Positions 27,033 to 36,921 of a stretch of 64,000 bases of DNA are shown one piece after another (position 1 is the stretch's first letter; each line of letters begins with the position of its first letter). Source of the stretch: Gemmatimonadota bacterium (lineage in GTDB: Bacteria > Gemmatimonadota > Gemmatimonadetes > Gemmatimonadales > GWC2-71-9); the NCBI GenBank assembly GCA_039586365.1, contig JBDHKN010000009.1:10354-74353 (forward strand). The letters run 5' to 3'. The notes under the pieces are model-generated. The model had not been told where the DNA came from, made no database searches, and worked only from the letters and a program-made list of their open reading frames with translations. The position numbers and the translations under genes are program-made.

Positions 27033-29201
27033 TCACCCGGACCGAATTGCACGCGTGGCGACACCGTCCAGGAGCAACTTCGTTGCAGTACGGCGAAACA
27101 GCTCTTCCAACGAGACAGACATCCGCCGTGACCAGTTGGGGAACCGATCCATCGGTACCCCGGGCAGATTCACGGGATCTACTTCGCCGGCGAGATCGTC
27201 CACGGAGACCGCGAGGAGTGGCGCTGGCGTTTGGGCCAGGAAGGCATATATGGCAGCAGTCAGCTCGGTTAGATCGCGTGACTGATCAGTACCGGTTATG
27301 AAACCTTCCTGGCGCAGGCGTTGTACCAGCGCTCGCCGTTCTCTGTCACGCTGCTCGACTGCTTCACGTGAGAGAATATCATCCGCGTAGGCTCCCGCCT
27401 GTAGCCGCAGCTTCAGATCTCGACCGCTCCAGTAGCCCGCAAGCGGTGCCTGATCGTGCGTATTGGCTGCAACCAGCGCACGGTCGGAGTACATCCTGGA
27501 AGATCGGAACCTTCCTCGCCGATCGCGCTCGTAATACAGTACGCGTGACGACAGTATCCCCCAGCGAGACAATCGCGCCTGGAGACCAGCCGGTACGGTG
27601 CCAAGATCCTCTCCCACCACCACGGTACGGTGGCGTGTGCTCTCCAGCGCTAGGATACCAAGAAGCTCGTGCGCTGGGAAACGGATGTAAGCGCCCTGTG
27701 ATGCTGACAGTTTCTGGGGTATCCAGAACTGTCGGAACAAGCCCATCACATGGTCGATGCGCAGGGCACCGGCACCCCGGAGACAGCTGCGAACCACCTG
27801 AATCCAATAGTGGTACCGGTTCTCTCGTAGCTTCATGGGAGCAATCGGTGGCAGGCCCCAATCCTGTCCGCCGGTAGCGAAGTTGTCCGGTGGCGCGCCG
27901 ATGTGCACGCCGGTGACGAAGTGATCCTTGAATGCCCAGGTGTCGCACCCGTTTGGATGCACCCCTAGAGCCAAGTCGGCGTAGATGCCGATGGGCATCT
28001 TGGGCTTGACAGTGGCGGCCACCAACCCAAGTTGGCGGTCCAGTTCGAACTGCAAGTAGCGATGGTAGTCGATTTCGAACGCATGCTCTCGCTGGAACTG
28101 CTTCACTGCGGCGGAGTGCGGATCACGCAGAGGTGAGGGCCAGTTCTGCCACCCTCCCTGCCTTTGCTCCTGGCTCACCAGGTGGTCTTCCAATGCGCGG
28201 AACGTCGCGTACAATGCCAACGCCGATCCAGCGTTCTGTATATACCCCCGGAACTCGCCCGCCCGCCTGGTGGCGCGGTGCAGGTGTTGCTCCATGAATT
28301 CCAGATACAGCAGTCGTAAGACCTGGCGCTTCAAATCCGCAGTCCTCTGGTAATCGACTTGCGAACTCGATCTCAGCTGTCGTAGCTCCGCTGTGAAACT
28401 GTCCGACGCCACCAGTTCTTGGGCCGCATGACAGTGCTTGAACTCGGGGACTGCAGTCACGTCCAAGTAGATCTCGTTGCGGAATATGCGGCTGATTGGA
28501 CTGTAGGGGCTGATATCCTGGCCTCGATTCCAGAGTGAGTGCAGCGGGTTGACTCCGACAAAGGCGGCGCCACGGTCAGCGGCCCAGTTCACCAGCTGCC
28601 ACAGGTCCGTCAGGTCCCCCACGCCATAGTTGCTATTGCTCCTCAAGGTGTAGAGGTTCGTCCAGAGCCCGAAGCCACGCGCGGATCCCAGAACGGTGGC
28701 GACGCTGATGCACGACTTGGGAGATACGATTCGCATCTGTTCGGCACTGCGAGAGCCGCCAGGACCAGCGACAGTGATCTCCAGTGAGTGATATCCGAAA
28801 CCCAGTAGTTGTGGGATCTTGACTCGGGCGACCCCGTCACGGTGCACACTCAGTCGTCCTTCAGTCACCAGAGCGTCTTCACCTTCGGCAGTAAGAGACA
28901 GTTGATAGTCTGTTGCCGCGGATTTGACGCCGTCAGGAAGTTGCACCCGCAGAGTCTGGATCCTGGGGTCGGGGAATCTCCTGACCTCAACGGGTTCAAC
29001 TAGACGCAGGCGATCCTGTGCGTCGAGTTGTCGCAAGGACTGTCTGGCGGCGCGTTCGCTGGAGACGGAAAACCCAAGAGCTTCCAGCAGAGCTACACGA
29101 CTCGTATCGCTGGTTGTTTTGTGGCGGCCGCTGTGATCTCTGTAATGGCTCAGGATGCCGACGCGGTCGGCCAGATCTTGGATTTCCGACCTGTGTGACA
29201 C
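27033..29201 (-). CDS. malQ: 4-alpha-glucanotransferase (amylomaltase, GH77)
   Basis: GVNPLH, SPYSP.SR, DLALG, GAPPD.F...GQDWGLP, LRIDHVMGL, GEDLG, NTHD, NLPG. Confidence 0.95.
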   Translation of the reverse strand: MSHRSEIQDLADRVGILSHYRDHSGRHKTTSDTSRVALLEALGFSVSSERAARQSLRQLDAQDRLRLVEPVEVRRFPDPRIQTLRVQLPDGVKSAATDYQLSLTAEGEDALVTEGRLSVHRDGVARVKIPQLLGFGYHSLEITVAGPGGSRSAEQMRIVSPKSCISVATVLGSARGFGLWTNLYTLRSNSNYGVGDLTDLWQLVNWAADRGAAFVGVNPLHSLWNRGQDISPYSPISRIFRNEIYLDVTAVPEFKHCHAAQELVASDSFTAELRQLRSSSQVDYQRTADLKRQVLRLLYLEFMEQHLHRATRRAGEFRGYIQNAGSALALYATFRALEDHLVSQEQRQGGWQNWPSPLRDPHSAAVKQFQREHAFEIDYHRYLQFELDRQLGLVAATVKPKMPIGIYADLALGVHPNGCDTWAFKDHFVTGVHIGAPPDNFATGGQDWGLPPIAPMKLRENRYHYWIQVVRSCLRGAGALRIDHVMGLFRQFWIPQKLSASQGAYIRFPAHELLGILALESTRHRTVVVGEDLGTVPAGLQARLSRWGILSSRVLYYERDRRGRFRSSRMYSDRALVAANTHDQAPLAGYWSGRDLKLRLQAGAYADDILSREAVEQRDRERRALVQRLRQEGFITGTDQSRDLTELTAAIYAFLAQTPAPLLAVSVDDLAGEVDPVNLPGVPMDRFPNWSRRMSVSLEELFRRTATKLLLDGVATRAIRSG

Positions 29202-29205
29202 GCGC

Positions 29206-31416
29206 CTAGCCGGTTGGGGTCAGCACAAGAACAGCGAGCGGGGGTAGACGAAGGAGCAGGGACTGTTGTTGACCGTGCCATAAGATGGACTCGGTATCGA
29301 GTTGGGATAGAGTCCCAAAGTCGCTGCCTCCGTACTCCGGGCTGTCGGAGGAAAACCGCTCGACGTACTGTCCACTCAGTGGTGTCCCGACTCTGTACTG
29401 TTCGCGCGGCACGGGCGTCAAATTCAGCACGATCAGAGCGTGGTCGCTACCGTCGCGCCGCACGTACGAGAAGACGCTGTTCTCGCGATCGCCGCAATCG
29501 ATCCACGCAAATCCCTCAGGATCGACGTCCCCACGCCATAGACAGGGGGACTCGCGGTACAATGTCCCGAGGTCGGCGAGGAAGCGCATAAGCGCGGTGC
29601 GGTTGGGATCCTCAAAGAGGTGCCATCCGAGGCTCTCGTCGTGATTCCACTCCCGGTCTGCCGCGATCTCGGTGCCCATGAACAGGAGCTGCTTTCCAGG
29701 GCGAGTATACTGGTAGGTCAGCAATGCCCGTAGGTTGGCAAGCCGCTGCCACTCGTCACCAGGCATCTTCTGGAGTAGAGATCCTTTACCGTGCACGACT
29801 TCGTCATGTGACAGCGGCATGATGAACCGCTCGCTGTACTCGTAGAGCATTGCGAATGTGAGTTGGTCGTGGTGGTACTTGCGGTGCACCGAATCCTTCC
29901 GGAAGTACTCGAGGGTATCGTGCATCCACCCCATGTTCCACTTGAACGTGAATCCTAGACCCCCGTCAGCGATCGGCCGCGAAACTCCGGACCAGGCCGT
30001 TGACTCTTCAGCTACGGTGATACAGCCAGGATATTCAGTCGAGATGGTGCTGTTGAAGTCTTTGAGGAACTCCACGGCCTCCAGGTTCTCCCGCCCGCCG
30101 TGCTCGTTCGGAATCCACTGACCCTCCTCACGGCTGTAGTCGAGGTAGAGCATCGACGCCACTGCGTCGACACGCAAGCCGTCGGCGTGAAACTCCTCGA
30201 GCCAATAAAGGGCGTTGGCTACCAGAAAGTTCTTCACCTCCCGGCGGCCGTAGTTGAAGATAAGAGTGCCCCAGTCGGGATGTTCACCGCGTCTCCAATC
30301 CTCATGCTCGTAGAGTGCTGTGCCGTCGAACCGGCGTAGCGCAAAGTCGTCCTTTGGGAAGTGAGCGGGCACCCAATCCAGTATTACACCAATGTCGTTT
30401 TGGTGGCAGTAGTCGACGAGATGGCGGAAGTCATCTGGAGTGCCGTAGCGTGACGTCGGAGCATAGTATCCGGTAACTTGATACCCCCAGGAACCCGCAA
30501 ACGGGTGTTCTGCGATGGGAAGCAACTCGATGTGAGTGAAACCCAGTCGCTTGACGTGATCGACGAGTCTGGGCGCGATTTCCCGGTAGCTGAGGGGGCG
30601 GTTGAATTCTTCCGGTACCCGTGCCCAAGAGCCCAGGTGCACTTCGTAGACCGCCATTGGCTCGCGTAGCGGATCTCGGCGCGGCCGCCGCTCCATCCAG
30701 TCTCCGTCGCCCCAACGGTAGCTCGATTGCGCGACCCTCGATGCTGTGTTGGGTGCCGGTTCCGCGGCGAAGGCGAATGGATCGGCTTTGATACGGATGG
30801 ACCCGTCCTGCGTCTTGATCTCGAACTTGTACAGCGCTCCGGCATGCACATCGGGGATGAAGACCTCGAACACTCCGGATGCGCCAAGCGATCTCATTGG
30901 GAAGATCCTACCATCCCAGCGGCAGAAATCACCCACTACGCTCACCCGTCTGGCATTCGGCGCCCAGACTGCGAACGACGTGCCATCCACGCCTTCGATC
31001 TGCCGAGGATGTGCGCCGAGAACCTCCCACAACCGCCGGTGGTTTCCTTCGTTGAACAGATGGAGATCCAACTCACCCACTGTCGGAAGAAACCTGTACG
31101 GGTCGTCTGATTCCCACGCATCCCCGTTGGCGAAGTGAAATCGCCGCCGATAGTGCAGCGGCAGGTCGATCCCCGGTAAGAATCCGGCAAAGAGCCCTCC
31201 TTTCCCCAGTGGTTCGAGGAGGACCGGCTCCTGGCCGGGCAAGAGACATTCAGCGGCCCGTGCCTCGGGATGAAAGGTCCTGATGACCACGCCATTCTCG
31301 TGGCCCACGGTTGCACCATGCGCTCCGAGAATACGATGCGGTTCATAGTGATCACCCGCGAGTAATAGGCTCCGATCGGAGGGAGACACATCGAAGACTG
31401 CTTGGCGTTTGGTCAC
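29206..31416 (-). CDS. glgB: 1,4-alpha-glucan branching enzyme
   Basis: FAVWAPNA, YEVHLGSW, SWGYQ, DWVPAHFP, DGLRVDAVASMLY, AEESTAW, LSHDEVVHGK. Confidence 0.97.
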   Translation of the reverse strand: MTKRQAVFDVSPSDRSLLLAGDHYEPHRILGAHGATVGHENGVVIRTFHPEARAAECLLPGQEPVLLEPLGKGGLFAGFLPGIDLPLHYRRRFHFANGDAWESDDPYRFLPTVGELDLHLFNEGNHRRLWEVLGAHPRQIEGVDGTSFAVWAPNARRVSVVGDFCRWDGRIFPMRSLGASGVFEVFIPDVHAGALYKFEIKTQDGSIRIKADPFAFAAEPAPNTASRVAQSSYRWGDGDWMERRPRRDPLREPMAVYEVHLGSWARVPEEFNRPLSYREIAPRLVDHVKRLGFTHIELLPIAEHPFAGSWGYQVTGYYAPTSRYGTPDDFRHLVDYCHQNDIGVILDWVPAHFPKDDFALRRFDGTALYEHEDWRRGEHPDWGTLIFNYGRREVKNFLVANALYWLEEFHADGLRVDAVASMLYLDYSREEGQWIPNEHGGRENLEAVEFLKDFNSTISTEYPGCITVAEESTAWSGVSRPIADGGLGFTFKWNMGWMHDTLEYFRKDSVHRKYHHDQLTFAMLYEYSERFIMPLSHDEVVHGKGSLLQKMPGDEWQRLANLRALLTYQYTRPGKQLLFMGTEIAADREWNHDESLGWHLFEDPNRTALMRFLADLGTLYRESPCLWRGDVDPEGFAWIDCGDRENSVFSYVRRDGSDHALIVLNLTPVPREQYRVGTPLSGQYVERFSSDSPEYGGSDFGTLSQLDTESILWHGQQQSLLLRLPPLAVLVLTPTG

Positions 31417-33548
31417 CGGGCGTTCTCGGTTCGAAAGGCGTTCCCGTACCTCAGTAGCACGATCGTGTGGCTAACAAGTCGGATGCCCCGGGTTTTTCCC
31501 ACCCGTCCAAGTTTGGCCCGTGCAGTGTTCATCAAGTATTCCCACTGCCCCGGCTCAGCAAGATCTGGCAGTGTGAAGAACCGTGCGCGGGCGCTGCCGT
31601 TTAGCAGCAGTAGCAGGGTACTACCTTCGATTGGCCTGCCGCGGTCATCGACTTCATCGGTGGCTGCCCCGTGCAGTAGCATACCCAACACCCGATTCTC
31701 GGGGTCGTGCCAATCGGCTTCCGTCATCCGATTACCATCCGGACGCAACCAGTCCACGTCTTGCGTGCCGTCGTCTGCCATGGGCTTACCACTGAAGAAC
31801 CCACGGCGACGGAACACCGGATTTGCTTGGCGCAACGCCAACACTGTGCGTGTGAACCCAAGTAGCTGTCGTGCCCGCTCGTCCAAGTTCCAGTCGATCC
31901 AGGATATCTCGTTGTCCTGGCAATAGGCGTTGTTGTTGCCCCGCTGCGTTCTGCCGAGTTCGTCTCCGTGAGACAGCATAGGAACGCCCTGGGAAAACGC
32001 CAGGGTGGCAAGGAAGTTACGCTTCAACCGTTCGCGCAACCGCAATATGTGCTCTGCGCCGGTCTCTCCCTCAGTACCCCAATTGGCACTCCAGTTCGCG
32101 TCTGTTCCGTCTTTGTTGTCCTCGCCATTGACCTCGTTGCGTTTGCGTTCGTAACTAACGAGATCCCGCAACGTGAAGCCATCATGACAGGTGACGTAGT
32201 TGATGCTCGCGTGTGGGCTACGACCGCGGCGATTGTACAGATCGCTGCTTCCCGAGAGGCGATACCCCAGATGAGCCAGCTGTCCTGCATCGCCCCTCCA
32301 GAACCTGCGGACCGTGTCCCGGTATTGACCGTTCCATTCAGCCCAGCCGCCCGGGAAGTTGCCGACTTGGTACCCACCTTTTCCCACATCCCATGGCTCC
32401 GCGATGAGCTTGACCTGCGACAGAATCGGATCTTGCTGAATGAAGTCGAAGAACCGTTGCAGCCGATCGAGGTCGAACAGGTCTCTGGCGAGGGCGGGGG
32501 CAAGGTCGAACCGGAATCCGTCGACATGCATCTCTTGAACCCAATAGCGCAGGCTGTCCATCATCAGTTGCATGGTCCGAAAATGCTGCATGTTGAGCGT
32601 ATTGCCCGTAGCAGTGAAATCCAGATAAAAGCGCCGGTCATCCGGCTTGAGTACGTAGTAAGACACATTGTCGATGCCACGGAGCGACAGGGTGGGACCG
32701 AACCGCTTGCCCTCAGCAGTGTGGTTGTACACGACGTCCAGTATCACCTCGATCCCGGCACGGTGCAGCACCTTGACCATGGTCTTGAACTCTGCCACTT
32801 GTTGGCCGAGGTAGCCTGTTGCGTAACGCTGGTCTGGAGCGAAGAAACCGATGCTGTTGTATCCCCAGTAGTTCTTCAATCCCTTGTCACTGAGTGTGCG
32901 CTCCGTGACATGGTGGTGCAGTGGGAGGAGTTCGACTGCTGTGACTCCGAGGCTGATGAGGTGCTCGATTATGGGGTCCGATGCCATTCCCAGGTAAGTA
33001 CCGCGCAGCTGCTCCGGCACGCCGGGGTGTCGCGCGGTCATTCCCTTGACGTGACATTCGTAGATTAGGGTGCGGTTCCAGGGTGTCCGGGGAGGGCGAT
33101 CTCCGCCCCAGGTGAACGCGGAATCGATGACTACGCATTTCGGTATGTAAGGAGCGCTGTCTCTTTGATCGAAGGAGAGGTCTTCCCTGGGATCACCGAT
33201 GACGTAGCCGTACACCGCATCATTGCCGACAACATCCCCGGCGACGGCCTTGGCGTAGGGATCGATGAGCAGCTTGGCTGGGTTGAATCGGTGGCCTTGC
33301 TCGGGTAGGTAGGGACCATCGACGCGGTAACCATAGAGTTGACCAGGGCGCACGTCGGGCAGATAAACATGCCACACCATGTTGGTGCGCTCTCGCAGAC
33401 CAATTCGCTCGGTCTCACGTGAGTTGTCGTGGGAGTCAAATAGGCACAATTCGACCGCGCTGGCGTGCTCTGAGAAAATTGCGAAGTTGACACCTTCACC
33501 ATCCCACGTCGCACCTAGGGGATACGGCTCACCTGGCCAGGTCCTCAT
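31413..33548 (-). CDS. glgX: Glycogen debranching enzyme
   Basis: PLGATWDGEGVNFA, NYWGYN, DVVYNHT, DGFRFDLA, AEPWD, HDGFTL.D, GNNNAYCQDNE. Confidence 0.97.
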   Translation of the reverse strand: MRTWPGEPYPLGATWDGEGVNFAIFSEHASAVELCLFDSHDNSRETERIGLRERTNMVWHVYLPDVRPGQLYGYRVDGPYLPEQGHRFNPAKLLIDPYAKAVAGDVVGNDAVYGYVIGDPREDLSFDQRDSAPYIPKCVVIDSAFTWGGDRPPRTPWNRTLIYECHVKGMTARHPGVPEQLRGTYLGMASDPIIEHLISLGVTAVELLPLHHHVTERTLSDKGLKNYWGYNSIGFFAPDQRYATGYLGQQVAEFKTMVKVLHRAGIEVILDVVYNHTAEGKRFGPTLSLRGIDNVSYYVLKPDDRRFYLDFTATGNTLNMQHFRTMQLMMDSLRYWVQEMHVDGFRFDLAPALARDLFDLDRLQRFFDFIQQDPILSQVKLIAEPWDVGKGGYQVGNFPGGWAEWNGQYRDTVRRFWRGDAGQLAHLGYRLSGSSDLYNRRGRSPHASINYVTCHDGFTLRDLVSYERKRNEVNGEDNKDGTDANWSANWGTEGETGAEHILRLRERLKRNFLATLAFSQGVPMLSHGDELGRTQRGNNNAYCQDNEISWIDWNLDERARQLLGFTRTVLALRQANPVFRRRGFFSGKPMADDGTQDVDWLRPDGNRMTEADWHDPENRVLGMLLHGAATDEVDDRGRPIEGSTLLLLLNGSARARFFTLPDLAEPGQWEYLMNTARAKLGRVGKTRGIRLVSHTIVLLRYGNAFRTENAR

Positions 33549-33573
33549 GTCTTTTGCCCCGGGGGATGCAATT

Positions 33574-36500
33574 TCATTGGTGTTCCGCCGTCAGGCCGAG
33601 CAACTGAGCAATGCCGCGCAGTGGAATCCTGACCCACTCCGGACGGTTGTTGAGTTCATAGAGCAACTCGTAGAGCGCTTTGTCAAACAGGTGTGTGTCG
33701 AGCAGGATCCTCCGTTCGTCGGCAGTCTTGGGAAGGATTGTGGTGTCACCCACAGTTGCGACATAGGACTGGAGAAAAGTGAGTGCCACCCAACCGTACC
33801 ACGAATCCGCCCAGGCTTCCACCGCTGGGACGTCCTCCGGCCTCACCCTGCCACCGACTATTGCCGAGACAGACGCGTAGTGGAAGGAGCGCAACATTCC
33901 CGCGACGTCTCTCAGTGGTGAGCGTTTCAACCGCCGCTCTCCCAACGGGCGAGCCGGTTCACCCTCAAAATCCAGAATGACGAAGTCTCTTCCAGTGTCG
34001 AGTACCTGTCCGAGATGGTAGTCTCCGTGGACGCGTATTCGGGCGGCTCTGATCTTCCGATCCAACACTGCGCGGAGGCGCGGTTCGATCGCTTTGCGCG
34101 CAGCCAGCACTTGCCTCGCTTCGCGGCGTGCGTCCTTTGGCAAGTAGCGGATGCGTTTCTCGAGATGACGCAGTACCTCGTCTGCCCTACTACGCGTCGA
34201 CTGATACAGTGAACGCTGGTACATGGTGTTGAACTGTTCGGGCGCAAAGGCTGGATCGTCGGTGCGGGAGGCCAAGCTGAGGTGCAGTTCAGCCGTGCGT
34301 CTGCCGAGTAGGCGGGCAGACTCCAGGTAGAGGCCAACTTGCGCTTCGGCTGCTGCGGGGATGCTGCTATCCACGAGGTCGACGATGTGTGCGTCGGGCA
34401 GCAGGATTGGCTTCTGTCCGTCCGCTTGAGCCAGCACTCGCTCGAAATATTGCTCGATTGTGTCGAGCGTATGCTGCCAGGCGTCACCCTCACTGGGTAC
34501 GAATCCGTGCACTACCGCCAGCGTCATTGGTTCTCGCCGGGGGCGGCCATATTCCAGAGCTCCGGCGACCGGAGGCATGTGCCTGAATGACGTGCGTTCT
34601 GTGAGAAATCGACCAACCTCGAGATCGGGATTGCGGCCTTCGTCTACGCGGCGGAACAGCTTCAGAATAAACTTGTCGCCATACACGATGGAGGTGTTGC
34701 TCTGTTCGGCCTTGAGAAGTGCCGGCTCCACCGACGCACTCACTTCCTTGATTCGGTTGCGGAAGCCGCGGGTGGTGAATCCCTGCACGCTTCCTGAGGT
34801 CCCCTTCAGGAGTCTCCGACGCGCGATCGTATCAATGAGAAAAGTGCAAAAATCTGGTTCGAGCAGGGCGTCATACAATACTCCGTCGACCTGTCCGTCC
34901 TCCTGCGCCACACTCAGTCGTGCGAGAATCTCGTATGGGTGCGAATCGAAGAGCTCGGAGGCTCTATCCCCAGTGGCAAATGCAACAGGCAGGCTGTAGA
35001 AGTCCGGATCTCCTTCTGTGTAGGAGACCTCCACCAACGTGAGACATGCACCCCTTTTATCAAGTGGTGCGGCGACAGTATCGGCAATACGTGCGGAGAG
35101 AATCTGTCTCGCCTTGCCACCGAACCAGCGTCTAGCGCGCAGATATCCAGGTAGCAGGCGTTCGAGATCTTTGACCTTCTTGCCGCGGAATACGGAGTGC
35201 CAACTGCCTGGGACCGAGAGGGCGTCGGCGCGGGATGCGGTGATCGAGATGGATTCCGGCCTTTCGGGTGGCGATTCCAATCCGAACCAATAGAAGGCGT
35301 GGGGCGCCAACGTGACGAAGTAGGGCTCGGAGCGAATCTTCGGAAATGGTGTCCGCCCGAACAACTCTATCGGCACCATTCCCGCCAGCTGCTGGAGGTC
35401 GAGTTCAGCGCATTGCGCAAAGCGGGAGAGATTGGCCACGACGAGCACGCGCCCTTCGCCAGATCCGCGCAAGAACGCCAGGACTTTGCGGTTGTCCGGA
35501 TGCAGGAACTCTATGGCCCCACGCCCGAATACCGGTGATTCCTTACGGAGCGCTATGATCCGTTTCATCCACCAGAGTAGTGAGTTCGGGTTGCTCTGCT
35601 GAGCCTCGACATTGACAGCTTCGTAGTGATACTCGGGATCGATGATCACCGGCAGATAGAGTTGCTGCGGATTGCTGCGCGAGAACCCGGCATTCCTGTC
35701 AGCACTCCACTGCATCGGTGTGCGCACTCCATTCCTGTCGCCCACATAGATGTTGTCTCCGATCCCAATCTCGTCACCGTAGTAGAGCACAGGTGTGCCT
35801 GGTAGGGAGAGCAGCAGGCTGTTCATCAACTCGATCCGCCGCCTACTACGTCCCATCAAAGGAGCCAAACGCCGTCGTATCCCCAAGTTCACTCGGGCCC
35901 GGGGATCCTGCGCGTAGACCCGGTACATGTAGTCTCGGTCTTCATCGGTGACCATCTCGAGTGTCAGTTCATCATGATTGCGCAGGAACACGGCCCACTG
36001 ACAGCTATCCGGAACGCCCGGTGTCTGATCCAGTATGTCGACAATCGGGAACCGGTCCTCCATCTGAATACCCATGAACAGGCGAGGCATGAGTGGGAAA
36101 TGAAAGGCCATGTGGCACTCATCTCCGTTACCGAAATAGGCCACCGCATCTTCCGGCCACTGGTTGGCCTCGGCGAGCAGCATGCGGTCGTCGAATCTCT
36201 CGTCTACCCGTCGCCGCAGCTGTCTCAAGAATTCATGGGTCTCAGGTAGATTCTCGCAGTTGGTGCCCTCTCTCTCGTACAGGTAAGGCACCGCATCTAG
36301 TCTCAGCCCGTCGACGCCGAGTCCAAACCAGAAATCCATCAGCTGCAGAACTGCCTTGCTGACATCCGGGTTGTCGAAGTTGAGGTCCGGCTGGTGAGAG
36401 TAGAAACGGTGCCAGTAGTACGCTTGCGCCACCGAATCCCAACTCCAGTTCGAGTGCTCGAAGTCTTTGAAGATGATGCGGGTTTCTTGATATTTGTCCG

Positions 36501-36903
36501 GAGTATCACTCCAGACATAGAAGTCACGCTGCCGGCTGCCGCGCGGCGCACGGCGGGCCCGTTGAAACCACGCGTGTTGGTCTGATGTGTGATTGATCAC
36601 TAGCTCCGTGATTACGCGGAGACCACGCCGGTGAGCCTCTCTGAGGAACAGTTTGAAATCCCGCAGTGTGCCGTAATCGGGATGAACGTCTCTGTAGTCG
36701 GCAATGTCGTAGCCGTCATCTCTCAGCGGGGAAGGGTAGAATGGTTGGAGCCAGACGGTAGTAATGCCGAGATCTTCTAGGTAGTCGAGCTTCTGAGTGA
36801 GACCACGAAAATCACCGATGCCGTCTGCGTTGCTGTCGTGAAAGGCGCGAACATGCACCTGGTAGATGATCGCATCCTTATACCACAGAGTATTGCTGCT
36901 CAC
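33574..36903 (-). CDS. treS: Trehalose synthase fused to maltokinase (TreS-Pep2/Mak)
   Basis: WYKDAIIYQ, SPLRDDGYDIADY, FLRNHDELTLEMV. C-terminal AEQSNTS, RVHGDYHLGQVL and DFEGEP kinase motifs. Confidence 0.96.
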   Translation of the reverse strand: MSSNTLWYKDAIIYQVHVRAFHDSNADGIGDFRGLTQKLDYLEDLGITTVWLQPFYPSPLRDDGYDIADYRDVHPDYGTLRDFKLFLREAHRRGLRVITELVINHTSDQHAWFQRARRAPRGSRQRDFYVWSDTPDKYQETRIIFKDFEHSNWSWDSVAQAYYWHRFYSHQPDLNFDNPDVSKAVLQLMDFWFGLGVDGLRLDAVPYLYEREGTNCENLPETHEFLRQLRRRVDERFDDRMLLAEANQWPEDAVAYFGNGDECHMAFHFPLMPRLFMGIQMEDRFPIVDILDQTPGVPDSCQWAVFLRNHDELTLEMVTDEDRDYMYRVYAQDPRARVNLGIRRRLAPLMGRSRRRIELMNSLLLSLPGTPVLYYGDEIGIGDNIYVGDRNGVRTPMQWSADRNAGFSRSNPQQLYLPVIIDPEYHYEAVNVEAQQSNPNSLLWWMKRIIALRKESPVFGRGAIEFLHPDNRKVLAFLRGSGEGRVLVVANLSRFAQCAELDLQQLAGMVPIELFGRTPFPKIRSEPYFVTLAPHAFYWFGLESPPERPESISITASRADALSVPGSWHSVFRGKKVKDLERLLPGYLRARRWFGGKARQILSARIADTVAAPLDKRGACLTLVEVSYTEGDPDFYSLPVAFATGDRASELFDSHPYEILARLSVAQEDGQVDGVLYDALLEPDFCTFLIDTIARRRLLKGTSGSVQGFTTRGFRNRIKEVSASVEPALLKAEQSNTSIVYGDKFILKLFRRVDEGRNPDLEVGRFLTERTSFRHMPPVAGALEYGRPRREPMTLAVVHGFVPSEGDAWQHTLDTIEQYFERVLAQADGQKPILLPDAHIVDLVDSSIPAAAEAQVGLYLESARLLGRRTAELHLSLASRTDDPAFAPEQFNTMYQRSLYQSTRSRADEVLRHLEKRIRYLPKDARREARQVLAARKAIEPRLRAVLDRKIRAARIRVHGDYHLGQVLDTGRDFVILDFEGEPARPLGERRLKRSPLRDVAGMLRSFHYASVSAIVGGRVRPEDVPAVEAWADSWYGWVALTFLQSYVATVGDTTILPKTADERRILLDTHLFDKALYELLYELNNRPEWVRIPLRGIAQLLGLTAEHQ

Positions 36904-36921
36904 TCCACGCCTCGGCCGTGA

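Noticed and set aside
31968..33068. 366-aa + strand ORF (and similar long antisense ORFs elsewhere)
   Set aside because: It is the antisense shadow of glgX, a common artefact of GC-rich codon usage.
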